A stretch of 64,000 nucleotides of DNA from a virus. The stretch's first letter is position 1. Each line of letters opens with the position of its first letter. The stretch lies in the IMG/VR virus record IMGVR_UViG_3300011193_000001, one strand, 5' to 3'. The translations under genes and the position numbers were made by a program. Below are positions 17,158-25,959 of this stretch, in pieces. The notes under the pieces were generated by a model. That model searched no databases. It was not told the DNA's origin and saw only the letters and a program-made list of their open reading frames with translations.

Positions 17158-17637
17158 TCATGTCGTCGCCAGGCGACGCTGAAGGGCGAGGCGCTGCCCG
17201 TCAGCGTCACGCGCGGCCTGCCGGTACTCGTCGCGCTCGCCGCGCAGGCGCAGCAACTCGTCCATGACTGCCGGCGTCAACGGTTCCTTCTTCGCGGTTT
17301 CCACGTTCTGGATGTGGTCGTGTGCCGCGGCGAGCTTGCGTTGCACCGAGGCGAGCTGCGCCCGAAGGTCATGTTCGCGGGCCGCCGCGGCTGCCACACG
17401 ACCGTTCTTCTCGTCAAGTAAAGCGAGCCGCGCGGCGGCCTGCTCGGGCGTCAGCATTGCCGCGAGCTCTTCCTCGCAGCCGAGGCGTGTGCGGCCGAGG
17501 CGCTGGGGTCCTTTCGTCGCGTCTGTCTCCGCGACGAGGTACCATCCCTCGCGCGGCCTCGGAATCGCAAAAGCATACGCGCCCGTCCTGCCACCGGCAA
17601 GGCGGGCGCGGGTCGTTTCACGACCGGTAGAACTCAT
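17158..17637 (-). CDS. coiled-coil protein, 159 aa
   Basis: ATG at 17637; the middle of the 245-aa ORF is filler, the C-terminal half is heptad-like. Confidence 0.5.
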   Translation of the reverse strand: MSSTGRETTRARLAGGRTGAYAFAIPRPREGWYLVAETDATKGPQRLGRTRLGCEEELAAMLTPEQAAARLALLDEKNGRVAAAAAREHDLRAQLASVQRKLAAAHDHIQNVETAKKEPLTPAVMDELLRLRGERDEYRQAARDADGQRLALQRRLATT

Positions 17638-17895
17638 GGCACAGCAGCACGGAGATGCGATCCCTCGGCCGGACTCCAAGGTTCGACCCGCCGTCCCACT
17701 GAACGAACAGGGTGCCGCCGTCATCGCCGCCTTCAGATGTGCCCCACTCGCCAACCATCGGGGCGTGTGGCCGATCGTGTCGTACGGGTGGCCGATTACG
17801 TCCACAATCTCGCTGGCGGTCAAGTCTTCGTGTGCTGGCCGCTCACGCATCCAGCGGAGCAGGTCGGATTGCCGCGACGAGATGCCGCCGATCAT
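17618..17895 (-). CDS. small protein readable only with a -1 frame change at a C4 run
   Basis: frame 1 is coding at 17895-17764 (GC3 about 84%); the -1 frame is coding at 17758-17618 (MVGEWGTSEGGDDGGTLFVQWDGG.., GC3 about 78%); junction ACGCCCCGATG. Confidence 0.35.
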
Positions 17896-18122
17896 GGCCG
17901 CAGCGACGGGTCAAGCGCGGCAAGGTCTGCGAGCAGCACACGGCGAGCAGGCGCCCCCGTGATAGCCATTCGCACTGTGACCGGATGCGAGTCCAGCGGC
18001 ACGCCGGTTGCGCGTGTGTCTGCGAAGAAGCAGAGTTGCCCACTGCCGTTCTTCGCGATGAACCCGTGAACCTCGATCGTTGGTACGTCGCCGTGGTCGT
18101 CGTGTACTCCGGAGCCAGTCAT
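17892..18122 (-). CDS. hypothetical protein, 76 aa
   Basis: ATGA overlap at 18119-18122. Confidence 0.5.
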   Translation of the reverse strand: MTGSGVHDDHGDVPTIEVHGFIAKNGSGQLCFFADTRATGVPLDSHPVTVRMAITGAPARRVLLADLAALDPSLRP

Positions 18123-18337
18123 GGTCGCGCCTCGGATTCGTTCAGCTCCGCGGTCGTGTAGCGCGGGTACAGATAGGCGCCGATGAACGTGCTCGCCCAT
18201 GACGGATCTCCAAGGTGCCAGCCGGCGGCGCGGCGCACAACGGCCATGCGCTCGTCGTGGTCTGCTGGCCGCGGCAAGTCTTCCGGCAGCGCGGTGGCTG
18301 ATTGCCCGCCGTCTTCTGCGGTACGATCCTGCGGCAT
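18119..18337 (-). CDS. hypothetical protein, 72 aa
   Basis: ORF track. Confidence 0.5.
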   Translation of the reverse strand: MPQDRTAEDGGQSATALPEDLPRPADHDERMAVVRRAAGWHLGDPSWASTFIGAYLYPRYTTAELNESEARP

Positions 18338-18412
18338 CCTGAAACCGTCCTTTCGTGGGTGTCGTGACCTCGGCGTCTGAGCAACGCGCGACGGTCGATC
18401 GTGAGACTACAG

Positions 18413-18441
18413 CCCCCCGCAAGCCACTGGCAAGCGGGGGG
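18413..18441 (-). terminator. GC-rich stem-loop after the gene ending at 18453
   Basis: CCCCCCGC-13 nt-GCGGGGGG, 12 nt past the stop. Confidence 0.45.
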
Positions 18442-18452
18442 CCCTGTCTTTC

Positions 18453-19367
18453 TCATGCCGCGCCGCCTTCCGTCGGGCCGCGACGATGCCGCGCATCAGG
18501 CCGGTGGCTCACCCATCGCACGAGATCGTTGATCGACCGGCGGCCAGACGCGATCGGCTCCGGTGTCTTCCGCCGCGGGCTCTTCTTCACCACGGTGCAT
18601 CCGCGCGCGCTGACGGTCACGAGGCCCACATCGCGCGGCACCCAGAGCGTTGGTGCTTCACGCTCGACACGGGACTTCTGCAGGTAGCCCTTGCCGCCGC
18701 AGCGCCAGCACTCCGCGTACGCTGGGCTCTCATGGATACGGCTGAGGTAGCGCTCGGCTCTCTCGGCCACGGTCTGCTCAGCGTGCCCGAAGTAGTCCGT
18801 CAGCACGACGACCTCCGGCACGGGGACGGGCACGACGTGAGCGCCGTAGCGGCCATAGCGGGCCTCGCCCACACAGCCGTACCGTCGATGACATTCCCCA
18901 CCCCAGCGCTGCCGGCGAGCACGGGGATGCGCAAGCCCGCCGAACTCCGCGACTCCGGGGCACACCGTCCGCTCGAAGTCGCTGAGATCCCACTCCGGCT
19001 CCTCGTACGCGATCTCGGCCGCCGTCAACAGCCCGGCGGGCACGGCGAAGTAGAACTCGGTTGTGCAGTCCACGCCGATCACGCGCTTTGCGGGCCGCAG
19101 CAACTCGGAGCGCATGTCCGAGCGGCTGACCTTGACCTCGTAGCCGATCACGTCACCTTTCTGCCAGGCGTTGAGGGCGAGCAGGTCGATGTTGCGCCAC
19201 TCCTCGATGCACGTCCACTGACCGACGAGGCCGCCGCGGTTGTCGTCGCTCGGATGCCGGCCGCGCAGCGCAGCTTTCACGTCCGCGGCCGTCATCTTCA
19301 CGGGCGGCTCGTCGGGCTCCGGTGGCGGCTCGACGGCGGGCACATCGAAGAGGCCGCGCGGCGTCAT
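18453..19367 (-). CDS. PD-(D/E)XK nuclease, MmcB-like
   Basis: IDLLAL..VIGYEVKVSRSDMRSEL..EFYFAVP pattern. Confidence 0.55.
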   Translation of the reverse strand: MTPRGLFDVPAVEPPPEPDEPPVKMTAADVKAALRGRHPSDDNRGGLVGQWTCIEEWRNIDLLALNAWQKGDVIGYEVKVSRSDMRSELLRPAKRVIGVDCTTEFYFAVPAGLLTAAEIAYEEPEWDLSDFERTVCPGVAEFGGLAHPRARRQRWGGECHRRYGCVGEARYGRYGAHVVPVPVPEVVVLTDYFGHAEQTVAERAERYLSRIHESPAYAECWRCGGKGYLQKSRVEREAPTLWVPRDVGLVTVSARGCTVVKKSPRRKTPEPIASGRRSINDLVRWVSHRPDARHRRGPTEGGAA

Positions 19368-19540
19368 CTCGCGACCTCGGCCAGTCCTTTATGTTGGGCC
19401 GCGTAATGCGCGGCCCACGCCTCATGGTTCCATCCCCACGGCTTGCCGACCGGATGCACTGGGCAGCCGCAGCACCACTGGCCGCGGCAGTCGGGCGGCT
19501 CGGGGCCGTCGTGGCGCTCGACCTGCTCGGGCGCGGCCAT
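19364..19540 (-). CDS. small Cys/Trp-rich ORF, 58 aa
   Basis: coupled at both ends; below track cutoff. Confidence 0.4.
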   Translation of the reverse strand: MAAPEQVERHDGPEPPDCRGQWCCGCPVHPVGKPWGWNHEAWAAHYAAQHKGLAEVAR

Positions 19541-19773
19541 CAGTCCTCAACCTCCGCGCGGCCAAACTCACTCAACGCAGCAAGGCAAGCCGGCGAAGCG
19601 TCATACCGCCACGGGTAGCCGAGGGTGACGCGGCGCTCCTCACCGTTCGCCATCGCCACGATGAGCTTCAGCCGGTGACGGCCGGGAAACCGTTTGGCCG
19701 CGAGCTTGACCTGAGTCAGTACGGCCGTGGCCTCGGCGCCGGCATGGACGTGGAGAACGATCACGGCCACCAC
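19540..19773 (-). CDS. hypothetical protein, 77 aa
   Basis: ORF track. Confidence 0.5.
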   Translation of the reverse strand: MVAVIVLHVHAGAEATAVLTQVKLAAKRFPGRHRLKLIVAMANGEERRVTLGYPWRYDASPACLAALSEFGRAEVED

Positions 19774-19937
19774 CCATGGTCGCTCTCAAGCTCCGCGAGA
19801 TGAGCGACGCAGACCCACAAGGGCGTGATGTTCGGGTTGCAGAACACGAGCACGTCGACTGCGCACTCTCCGCATGGACGGTCCTCGGTGAGACACACGC
19901 CGCAGGCATGGTCACCGATGTGGAGCGCGAGAGTCAT
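19761..19937 (-). CDS. small Cys-rich protein, 58 aa
   Basis: ATGA overlap at 19934-19937. Confidence 0.45.
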   Translation of the reverse strand: MTLALHIGDHACGVCLTEDRPCGECAVDVLVFCNPNITPLWVCVAHLAELESDHGWWP

Positions 19938-20473
19938 CGCCGCGGCCCCGATGTCAACTCGCGTTCGTAGGCGTTGGGCGCTTCGCCTTGCCGCGAGCAC
20001 CATCCGAGATGGTTGCCCCAGTACGCGCCGTCCCGCTTCGGTCGCCGCTTGCATTCCGAGCAGCGCGTCAGCCGCCGCGGCTCTTCGAGCGTGAACGCTG
20101 TGCACGCGCAGTCTTGGCATGCGCCGCCCGCTTCGTGACGGCCTGGCCCGTGGCCGCACGCGGGGCGAGTGCAGATGATGGCGACGCGCCTCATGTCGTC
20201 CAATACGGCCGCGCGTCGGGAAACGTCGCACGTCGCGTCATCGACGGTCGGCAGCGGCCCGTAAACGACTCGCACGAGCGCGTCGACCTCCTCCTGCGAG
20301 TGGTCGACCTCAGCGCGGCCCTTGTCGTCCCACAGGAACACGATGGACAGCCGGTGGCCGCCGAAGTGAAGCGACCGTAGTCGGTTCCGATGCGTAGCGA
20401 GCCACGCGAGCGTCATGCACGTTTCGTGCGCGCCGTCAGCGGCTAAGTACCTATCTCCGAACGTGCGCCTCAC
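19934..20473 (-). CDS. hypothetical Cys-rich protein, 179 aa
   Basis: ORF track; GTGA overlap at 20470-20473. Confidence 0.5.
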   Translation of the reverse strand: MRRTFGDRYLAADGAHETCMTLAWLATHRNRLRSLHFGGHRLSIVFLWDDKGRAEVDHSQEEVDALVRVVYGPLPTVDDATCDVSRRAAVLDDMRRVAIICTRPACGHGPGRHEAGGACQDCACTAFTLEEPRRLTRCSECKRRPKRDGAYWGNHLGWCSRQGEAPNAYERELTSGPRR

Positions 20474-20955
20474 GACGCCTCCCTCGGGTAGACACGGCGA
20501 TCCATCACACGCGACCGGAAGCCATGCTCAAGCGCCCACTCCACGGCGCCCGCTGGCAGCCGGTCGAAGGGGATGCGGTGCGCCGCGGCCTCATGGTCCA
20601 TGTGGCACTGAAAACAGACTGGGCAGCCCTGCCGCTCGTCGAACGCCAACGCCTCGCGCTCGGGGACGCTGAGATGCGTGGCGCGCAGGATCACGTCCTT
20701 GCCGGTCACATGGTGGGCATGGACGGCCTTACGGCCGCAGACGACGCAGCGGTCCCCGTGGAGCTCGAAGACACGTTGCGTCCAGCCGCGCTCACCGGGC
20801 AGCTCGCGGCGACGAGCCGGCGGGCTGGCTAGCGCGGCCGTGCGTGGCATGCCCGATCGCTTCAGGCTGCCGCGGCTTGCGAACGTTGAGCCGCGCTCCA
20901 GCGACTTCGCTCCCGGCTTCAACGCCGACCGTTTCAGAGGGGCTCCGCGCTTCAT
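20470..20955 (-). CDS. HNH/NinG-like nuclease-family protein
   Basis: basic N-terminus MKRGAPLKRSALKPG.., CVVCG..HAHHV, CFQCHMDHE. Confidence 0.45.
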   Translation of the reverse strand: MKRGAPLKRSALKPGAKSLERGSTFASRGSLKRSGMPRTAALASPPARRRELPGERGWTQRVFELHGDRCVVCGRKAVHAHHVTGKDVILRATHLSVPEREALAFDERQGCPVCFQCHMDHEAAAHRIPFDRLPAGAVEWALEHGFRSRVMDRRVYPREAS

Positions 20956-21206
20956 GCGCCGCCCTTGACGAACGTCTGCCACGCCTCAACGACCGCCGCG
21001 GGCATCTCGCCTACGCGCTCCATCGCCACGCTGTAGACGGCCACATCGCCGCGCATGACCGAAAGCCGCCAGTGAAACGGCGACCATCCGAGCACGTCGA
21101 CGTACCGCGGCGACAGGCGATCCATCACGACCGTGAGCCCGTGACTTGCCGCGATGGCGTGAAGGTGGCGCAGGCAGTCCGCGGCCGGGATCTTGACCAC
21201 CGTCAT
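20952..21206 (-). CDS. hypothetical protein, 84 aa
   Basis: ORF track. Confidence 0.5.
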   Translation of the reverse strand: MTVVKIPAADCLRHLHAIAASHGLTVVMDRLSPRYVDVLGWSPFHWRLSVMRGDVAVYSVAMERVGEMPAAVVEAWQTFVKGGA

Positions 21207-21391
21207 CCCGTGGCCCTTCTCGCGCGGCGCTCAGCGCACTCCGCTTTCAGCCGGGCTTGCGAACGGCGCAACTCGACGAGCTCGCGGGCCGCGTGCTCTT
21301 TCGCCGCGGCCTGCAACGCGCGGCTCTTGGCTTTCTCGACGGCTTTCTCCGCGTTGAGCGCGACCAGTGCGGGTGACGGGCCGGGGGTCAT
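21203..21391 (-). CDS. coiled-coil mini-protein, 62 aa
   Basis: ATGA overlap at 21388-21391. Confidence 0.45.
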   Translation of the reverse strand: MTPGPSPALVALNAEKAVEKAKSRALQAAAKEHAARELVELRRSQARLKAECAERRARRATG

Positions 21392-21483
21392 CGCTGACCC
21401 CTCGCGCCGTCGAGCCATGCGCTGATCTCACGCCAGCACTCCGCGAACCCCTGGTCGACGGGATCACCCGGGTCACTTGCCAT
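21388..21483 (-). CDS. small ORF, 31 aa
   Basis: fills the gap between 21473 and 21391; coupled at the 3' end. Confidence 0.3.
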   Translation of the reverse strand: MASDPGDPVDQGFAECWREISAWLDGARGQR

Positions 21484-22015
21484 CGGTCGCCTCGCCTTCA
21501 GGGAAGAGGGCTGCGATGACCGTCGGCGCATTGAGCCCATACGAGATGCGCAACACTGCGGTGATGTCTGCGCGCAAACCATAGCGGCCATCGTCATCGA
21601 ACTCTCCTGGGGTCCACGTCGTGAGGAAGGCCTCGACCGCCGCGTCCTCAATCGCTTGGGTTGGGTAGTCAGCCGGCGGCCCAAGGCGAATCCGCTCGAT
21701 CAGTGCTTCACGGTCCAGTGCTGCCTCGGCCGCGGCGATGTCTTCGGCGGCAGACTGGAGCCATGATGCGCGCACGAGATCGTTCGCCGCCGCCCATCGC
21801 GCTCGGCCGCCCCGTCTGCCGCCGTCAGCGTGATGGCCGCACATCTCGCGCGAGAACCGCCGGATAGCGACTGTCTCTACCGCCTCCGGTCCAAAGATGC
21901 TCATGCGGGCTACATGGGCCGCGTCCTGCCACGGCGCGCACTCCGGGCAATCACCGACGCCGTGGTCCACGCAGGTGTAGTGGCGGCCATCCTCGGCGCG
22001 GGGAAAGGTGCTCAT
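21473..22015 (-). CDS. hypothetical protein, 180 aa
   Basis: ORF track. Confidence 0.55.
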   Translation of the reverse strand: MSTFPRAEDGRHYTCVDHGVGDCPECAPWQDAAHVARMSIFGPEAVETVAIRRFSREMCGHHADGGRRGGRARWAAANDLVRASWLQSAAEDIAAAEAALDREALIERIRLGPPADYPTQAIEDAAVEAFLTTWTPGEFDDDGRYGLRADITAVLRISYGLNAPTVIAALFPEGEATDGK

Positions 22016-22224
22016 GCCGCACCGCTCGCCAGCGCCGCGCGGAAGCCTGCATACTGCTCCCCGCGACGCGAGATCCCATACCGGTCGACGGCCCGCAATG
22101 CTTCAAGGCCGAGCGCGATCGACCGGACGTTATGCCGCCAGTCCTCGTCGCAGACGTTGCGCAGCAGCCGATGTCCGTCTCGCATCTCGCCCGTGTCGAA
22201 CACGTCCTTGCGGTGGCCGCTCAT
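22012..22224 (-). CDS. hypothetical protein, 70 aa
   Basis: ORF track. Confidence 0.5.
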   Translation of the reverse strand: MSGHRKDVFDTGEMRDGHRLLRNVCDEDWRHNVRSIALGLEALRAVDRYGISRRGEQYAGFRAALASGAA

Positions 22225-22865
22225 CTCGCCACCCGCTTGATGCTCGCCCTACGTGCCGGCGGGTCGACCTCGATGCGACACAACGCGATGGCCTCCGCCA
22301 CGTGGGCGCTGACCTTCTTCAAGGCCGCGACGCCGCGCAGGTTCGTCTTGTATGTCGGCGGCGGCTCCTCGTTGATGAGCAACTCCAGCGTGTGAGCGAG
22401 CGCGAAGTCCGTCGGCTGGCTGACACGTCCATCCAGGGCCTCCGCAAGCTGCCGTAGAAGGCCGTAGCCGACCTCGGCCTTGGGATACGTCGGAACGCAT
22501 GCCGCGTCCGCTGCGCGCTGCGAAATGGCGCCATCCTCGACGAGGCTCGCCAGGGTGGCGCGCAGGAGGTCTGTCGCGTAGACCTCCGTGCCGGCGGTGG
22601 GGCTCGACGACTTCATCTCGTACTCGCCGACGCGCTGCGTCCACTTGCCGTCCATGTCCATGCGTGCGACGACCTCGCGGGACAACTCGCCGCGGGCTTC
22701 CTTCGTGATGCTCGTCATGTCGTTGAGCGTTTCGTCGGCGACCGCGATCTCCAGCGCGTCGGCTCCGGAGAGGTCGGTGATCCCGACGACGGCAAGTAGG
22801 CGCTCGGCAGTGACGACATCCGCGACGACCTCGCCGTAGCGGTCGATCATGGTGAGGGCGCTCAT
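22221..22865 (-). CDS. hypothetical protein, 214 aa
   Basis: ORF track; next to the recombinase-like ATPase. Confidence 0.55.
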   Translation of the reverse strand: MSALTMIDRYGEVVADVVTAERLLAVVGITDLSGADALEIAVADETLNDMTSITKEARGELSREVVARMDMDGKWTQRVGEYEMKSSSPTAGTEVYATDLLRATLASLVEDGAISQRAADAACVPTYPKAEVGYGLLRQLAEALDGRVSQPTDFALAHTLELLINEEPPPTYKTNLRGVAALKKVSAHVAEAIALCRIEVDPPARRASIKRVAR

Positions 22866-23827
22866 CCCGCGGCCTCCGCACGGGCGTCTGCGATGTCCAG
22901 CTGGCCGCCGGGGTCATCCGCTGTCGGGTCGTCTGGGTCGGGCTCGCTCCACGGGATGTCGTCGGCCGCGGCGGCCTCCGCTGTCGGCGGTACGTCAGCG
23001 GGCACATCGGACTTGCCGCTGCGCTTTACGTCCGTACGCTCCGGCGGAGCGACCTCGGCGGGCCGCTCGGCCGTCGGCGGCACGGGCTCGGCAATAGGCG
23101 CCGCCACCTTGCGCCTGCCGTCCTCGTACTTCGCCGGGTTCAGCGCCATATCCATGGCGGTCGCCACGGCGCGCGCGTCCATCGGGAGCGGTGAGGCGAT
23201 GGGCACCCGTGAACCGGCCTCGAAGTGCTGCGTCGGCTGCGTGTGGATCTGCCGCTTGCCCTTGACGGACTCCGCGAGCCACAGGAAGTCCACGGCGCCG
23301 GCGATGTAGGCGTGGACGTTCTTGTCCATGTCGGGCACGTAGGCGAGCAGCTCGCCCTTGATGTTCATGCGCTCGCGTAGGTGCGTGATGAACCAGATGC
23401 CGATGGGCGCTCCCAGCAGGCGCCCGACCTGCTGGTTGAATGCGGCCACGGCGCGCTTGATCGACCGCTGATAGTCGTCGACCCCGGACGCAGGGGTGCG
23501 GATCCCGTCCTCGACCTTGCCGTAGTACAGGTCGCAGAAGCGCCAGAGGTCGTTGACGAGGTCCAGCCCCACCGTGTGGAATCGGTGGTTGCCGGCGCAG
23601 ATGTCGTTCACGACGCGGACGAAGGTCGGCCAGTCGTGCGTGTGCACCACGAAGTGCTCACCCTCCAGCAGGAGCGTCCCCTGTTGCGTGTCGACGATCA
23701 GCGTCGTTGTCGGCGCCCATGTGCCGAGCAGGGTCGACTTGCCGACCTTGTACGTCGCGCCGAGCAGCACCCGGGCACGACGCGGCGGCATCTCGACGCG
23801 TCCTTGCGGCTGTGTAGGAAGGCTCAT
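22862..23827 (-). CDS. RecA-fold ATPase, AAA_24/Sak4-like
   Basis: Walker A-like GATYKVGKST then LIVDTQQG; acidic Pro-rich tail. Confidence 0.6.
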   Translation of the reverse strand: MSLPTQPQGRVEMPPRRARVLLGATYKVGKSTLLGTWAPTTTLIVDTQQGTLLLEGEHFVVHTHDWPTFVRVVNDICAGNHRFHTVGLDLVNDLWRFCDLYYGKVEDGIRTPASGVDDYQRSIKRAVAAFNQQVGRLLGAPIGIWFITHLRERMNIKGELLAYVPDMDKNVHAYIAGAVDFLWLAESVKGKRQIHTQPTQHFEAGSRVPIASPLPMDARAVATAMDMALNPAKYEDGRRKVAAPIAEPVPPTAERPAEVAPPERTDVKRSGKSDVPADVPPTAEAAAADDIPWSEPDPDDPTADDPGGQLDIADARAEAAG

Positions 23828-24723
23828 GCTGCCCCTCTCAAGGTGACTGGCCCGCCGGCCAGCCGCGCGCTAGCCGTTGAATCGCCGACGGGTGTTGTCT
23901 GTCCGCGGTTTACCCTCGTGCTGGCGGCCATCCGGCGCGTCCCGGAACTCGTGAAGTGATCGGCGTAGCGGCGCGTGTCCTCGCGGCAGACGCCCATGAA
24001 CTCTGCGTCGCGACGAAGCATGCAAGCGATGTCTCGGCAGGGCGTCCAGTAGGAGAGCGCGTCCCGGCGCGTGTCATCGCCGGACGCGTTGTGGTGGATC
24101 TGGCCCGTGCCGCAGCATGAGCAGTGGTACGGGTCAGCGGGTATCGTCTCGTCGTGCATGAGGCTTGCTCCTCTTGCCAGGCGCCCGGACGTGCAACCGT
24201 CGCGGGCGCGCTTACGTGAAGGGCCGATCGTAGCGCGTGAGCCGCAGTTCGTGCAGCGCCATGCCTGACGGGTTTCCGGGGCATCCGTGATCTCCGGCAG
24301 CCCGCGCAACCGGGCTGCGGCCTCCGGGCGCTTTGCAGCGTCCAGCCGCATTGGGAGGACCGTGCGGATCGCCCAATCGGACCCGAAGTAGCGGCGGCGG
24401 TCGGCGAGGCCGTCATCGGCCGTCGCGGCGAGCGCATCGGCGTTCGCGAACATCCAGGCGTCGAGCCGGTCGCGTGTCTCCTGGTCGCAGCGGTCGTTGA
24501 TTCGCATCGTGACGGCGGAGATCCGGCGGCACATGTTCGGCGGCCGATCGGTCCACGGCTGGCCGGTAACATACGACCACTTCTCGTTAACGCAGAACGC
24601 GCCAGGCGATGCGTCGCCCTTCGGCTCAGCGTGGCTGCTGACGCTGAGCGGGATGTCTTTCACGCGCTCGTAGCGCTCGCGGATCACAACGGATGCGGCG
24701 GGCTCGGGTGTGGTGCTGGCCAT
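23824..24723 (-). CDS. hypothetical protein, 299 aa (first gene of the leftward operon; may be two in-frame genes)
   Basis: ORF track; internal AGGAG + ATG (MHDETI..) near 24161. Confidence 0.5.
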   Translation of the reverse strand: MASTTPEPAASVVIRERYERVKDIPLSVSSHAEPKGDASPGAFCVNEKWSYVTGQPWTDRPPNMCRRISAVTMRINDRCDQETRDRLDAWMFANADALAATADDGLADRRRYFGSDWAIRTVLPMRLDAAKRPEAAARLRGLPEITDAPETRQAWRCTNCGSRATIGPSRKRARDGCTSGRLARGASLMHDETIPADPYHCSCCGTGQIHHNASGDDTRRDALSYWTPCRDIACMLRRDAEFMGVCREDTRRYADHFTSSGTRRMAASTRVNRGQTTPVGDSTASARLAGGPVTLRGAA

Positions 24724-24764
24724 CGGTGGGTCCCTTCGATCGTCGGTTGCAGGCTACGCGGCAG

Positions 24765-24794
24765 AACCTAGCACGATCATGGCTAGCGGCGCAA
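24765..24794 (-). promoter_or_regulatory. candidate leftward early promoter
   Basis: TTGCGC-18 nt-TAGGTT on the minus strand, about 35 nt ahead of ATG 24723 with AAGGGA in between; flanked by GCTAGC palindromes. Confidence 0.3.
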
Positions 24795-24829
24795 CCCGTT
24801 GTCTGCTAGCTTTCGCAGCGCGGGTGTCG

Positions 24830-25440
24830 CAAGCCCGCCGCGGCGGGCTCACTCCCCGTGAGCTAGGCCGCGGCACAGCGCGGCGAAGACCCGACAGTCG
24901 GTGCGGCTACAAGCCCGGGCCTCGTTTTCGAAGTGGCGAGGCCCGGGTCGCACCGCTCGACAAGTAGGGACGCGGTACAGACAAAACCCTGAGCCGCCCG
25001 CTCTTTCGACGGAAGGGCGGTTCAGGGCTGCCACGCCCCGGAACGACGAGAGGCGCCCCGAAGGACGCCTCTCGCTTGCTTCGCCTTTTTCCGCCGCACC
25101 TTTGGGTGATGGCTCGGGTCCCGGCGTCCCGCTGGTAGCCAAGGTGGAGCCCAACCGCCGAAATGAGTCTGCCTGTCTCGCGAGGACCGGTCGTGGAATT
25201 CGGCGGCGGGCAACTGGCAGCCTACCAGCCCGCGCGGCTGCGAACGACGAGAGGCGGCCACCATGAGGATGACCGCCTCTCGCGTGGGTCGCTTAGCGGG
25301 CGAACCCGGATGCCACTCGGATGAGGGCGCGTCCGTTCGCAGGCTGTGAGCCGTTAGCCGCGCTTGCGCCCGACCGCGGCTCCGACGCGATTCCCTCAAG
25401 CCGCGAGACTACCGCTCCGGCTGGCGCGGGTCCAGCGTCG
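24830..25440. other. ORF-poor, hairpin-dense tract (structured RNA or terminator cascade)
   Basis: stems at 24833-48, 24847-63, 24900-54, 24987-25027, 25047-74, 25248-82; nested helices 25131-38/25222-29 and 25155-62/25199-206; repeat GAACGACGAGAGGCG x2. Confidence 0.4.
24987..25027 (-). terminator. intrinsic-terminator-like hairpin
   Basis: 13-bp G/C-rich stem followed on the minus strand by TTTTG. Confidence 0.5.
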
Positions 25441-25450
25441 GAAAAATGTC

Positions 25451-25495
25451 TAGCGCGCTATTGCATTGTGCAGCGCGCTATGCAATAATGGGGGC
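25451..25495 (+). promoter_or_regulatory. rightward promoter with palindromic operators; leaderless start
   Basis: TTGCAT(25461-66)-17 nt-AATAAT(25484-89)-6 nt-ATG; TAGCGCGCTA and AGCGCGCT palindromes; ATTGCAT/ATGCAAT inverted repeat. Confidence 0.6.
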
Positions 25496-25753
25496 ATGAA
25501 CTCCACCGCCCCCTCAGCCGTCGCCTTCACCGTCGCTCCCCGCAAGCCCGCCTGGCAGACGGCCATGGAAGGCCCGACAAACCGCGAGGCCCGCAAGATG
25601 GCCGCGCGACGCACCAGCCTCCTGGAGAGCAGCGCCGCGGCCACGGCAGCCGGCAACGACGAGCTCGCCTTCGACCTCGACTGTGACGCATGGGACATCG
25701 AGCGCGACCTGAACGAGTACGGCTTCACGCTCGCCGGGAACCCGAAGCGATGA
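25496..25753 (+). CDS. hypothetical protein, 85 aa
   Basis: ATG 6 nt after the -10 box; good GC3. Confidence 0.55.
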   Translation: MNSTAPSAVAFTVAPRKPAWQTAMEGPTNREARKMAARRTSLLESSAAATAAGNDELAFDLDCDAWDIERDLNEYGFTLAGNPKR

Positions 25754-25959
25754 AGGAGTACGGCATTCACACGACCTATGACAACTACGCCGAGCCGTTC
25801 GCTGTGCGCGACGCAGACGGAACGATCCTGGTGGAGTGCTCTTCGATCCAGGAGGCGGACGACATCGCGATGGCAGTCGTCCGCCAGCGTCAACTGGACG
25901 ATGGCGCCGAAAGCGTGGGAGACGGCTCGTACGAGCCGATCGAATGGCCCCGGTTCTGA
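25750..25959 (+). CDS. hypothetical acidic protein, 69 aa
   Basis: ATGA overlap at 25750-25753. Confidence 0.55.
   Translation: MKEYGIHTTYDNYAEPFAVRDADGTILVECSSIQEADDIAMAVVRQRQLDDGAESVGDGSYEPIEWPRF

Noticed and set aside
25036-25266. The plus-strand ORF at 24901..25266 reads GCG AAC GAC GAG (A-N-D-E) at its end (25240-25251) and AAC GAC GAG (N-D-E) at an earlier in-frame copy (25042-25050). This resembles the start of proteobacterial tmRNA tag peptides.
   Set aside because: There is no tRNA-like acceptor or T-arm (no GGTTCGA.TCC..CCA) nearby. The reading frame ends ..RRPP* rather than ..LAA*. The shared words are better explained as two copies of a hairpin unit.
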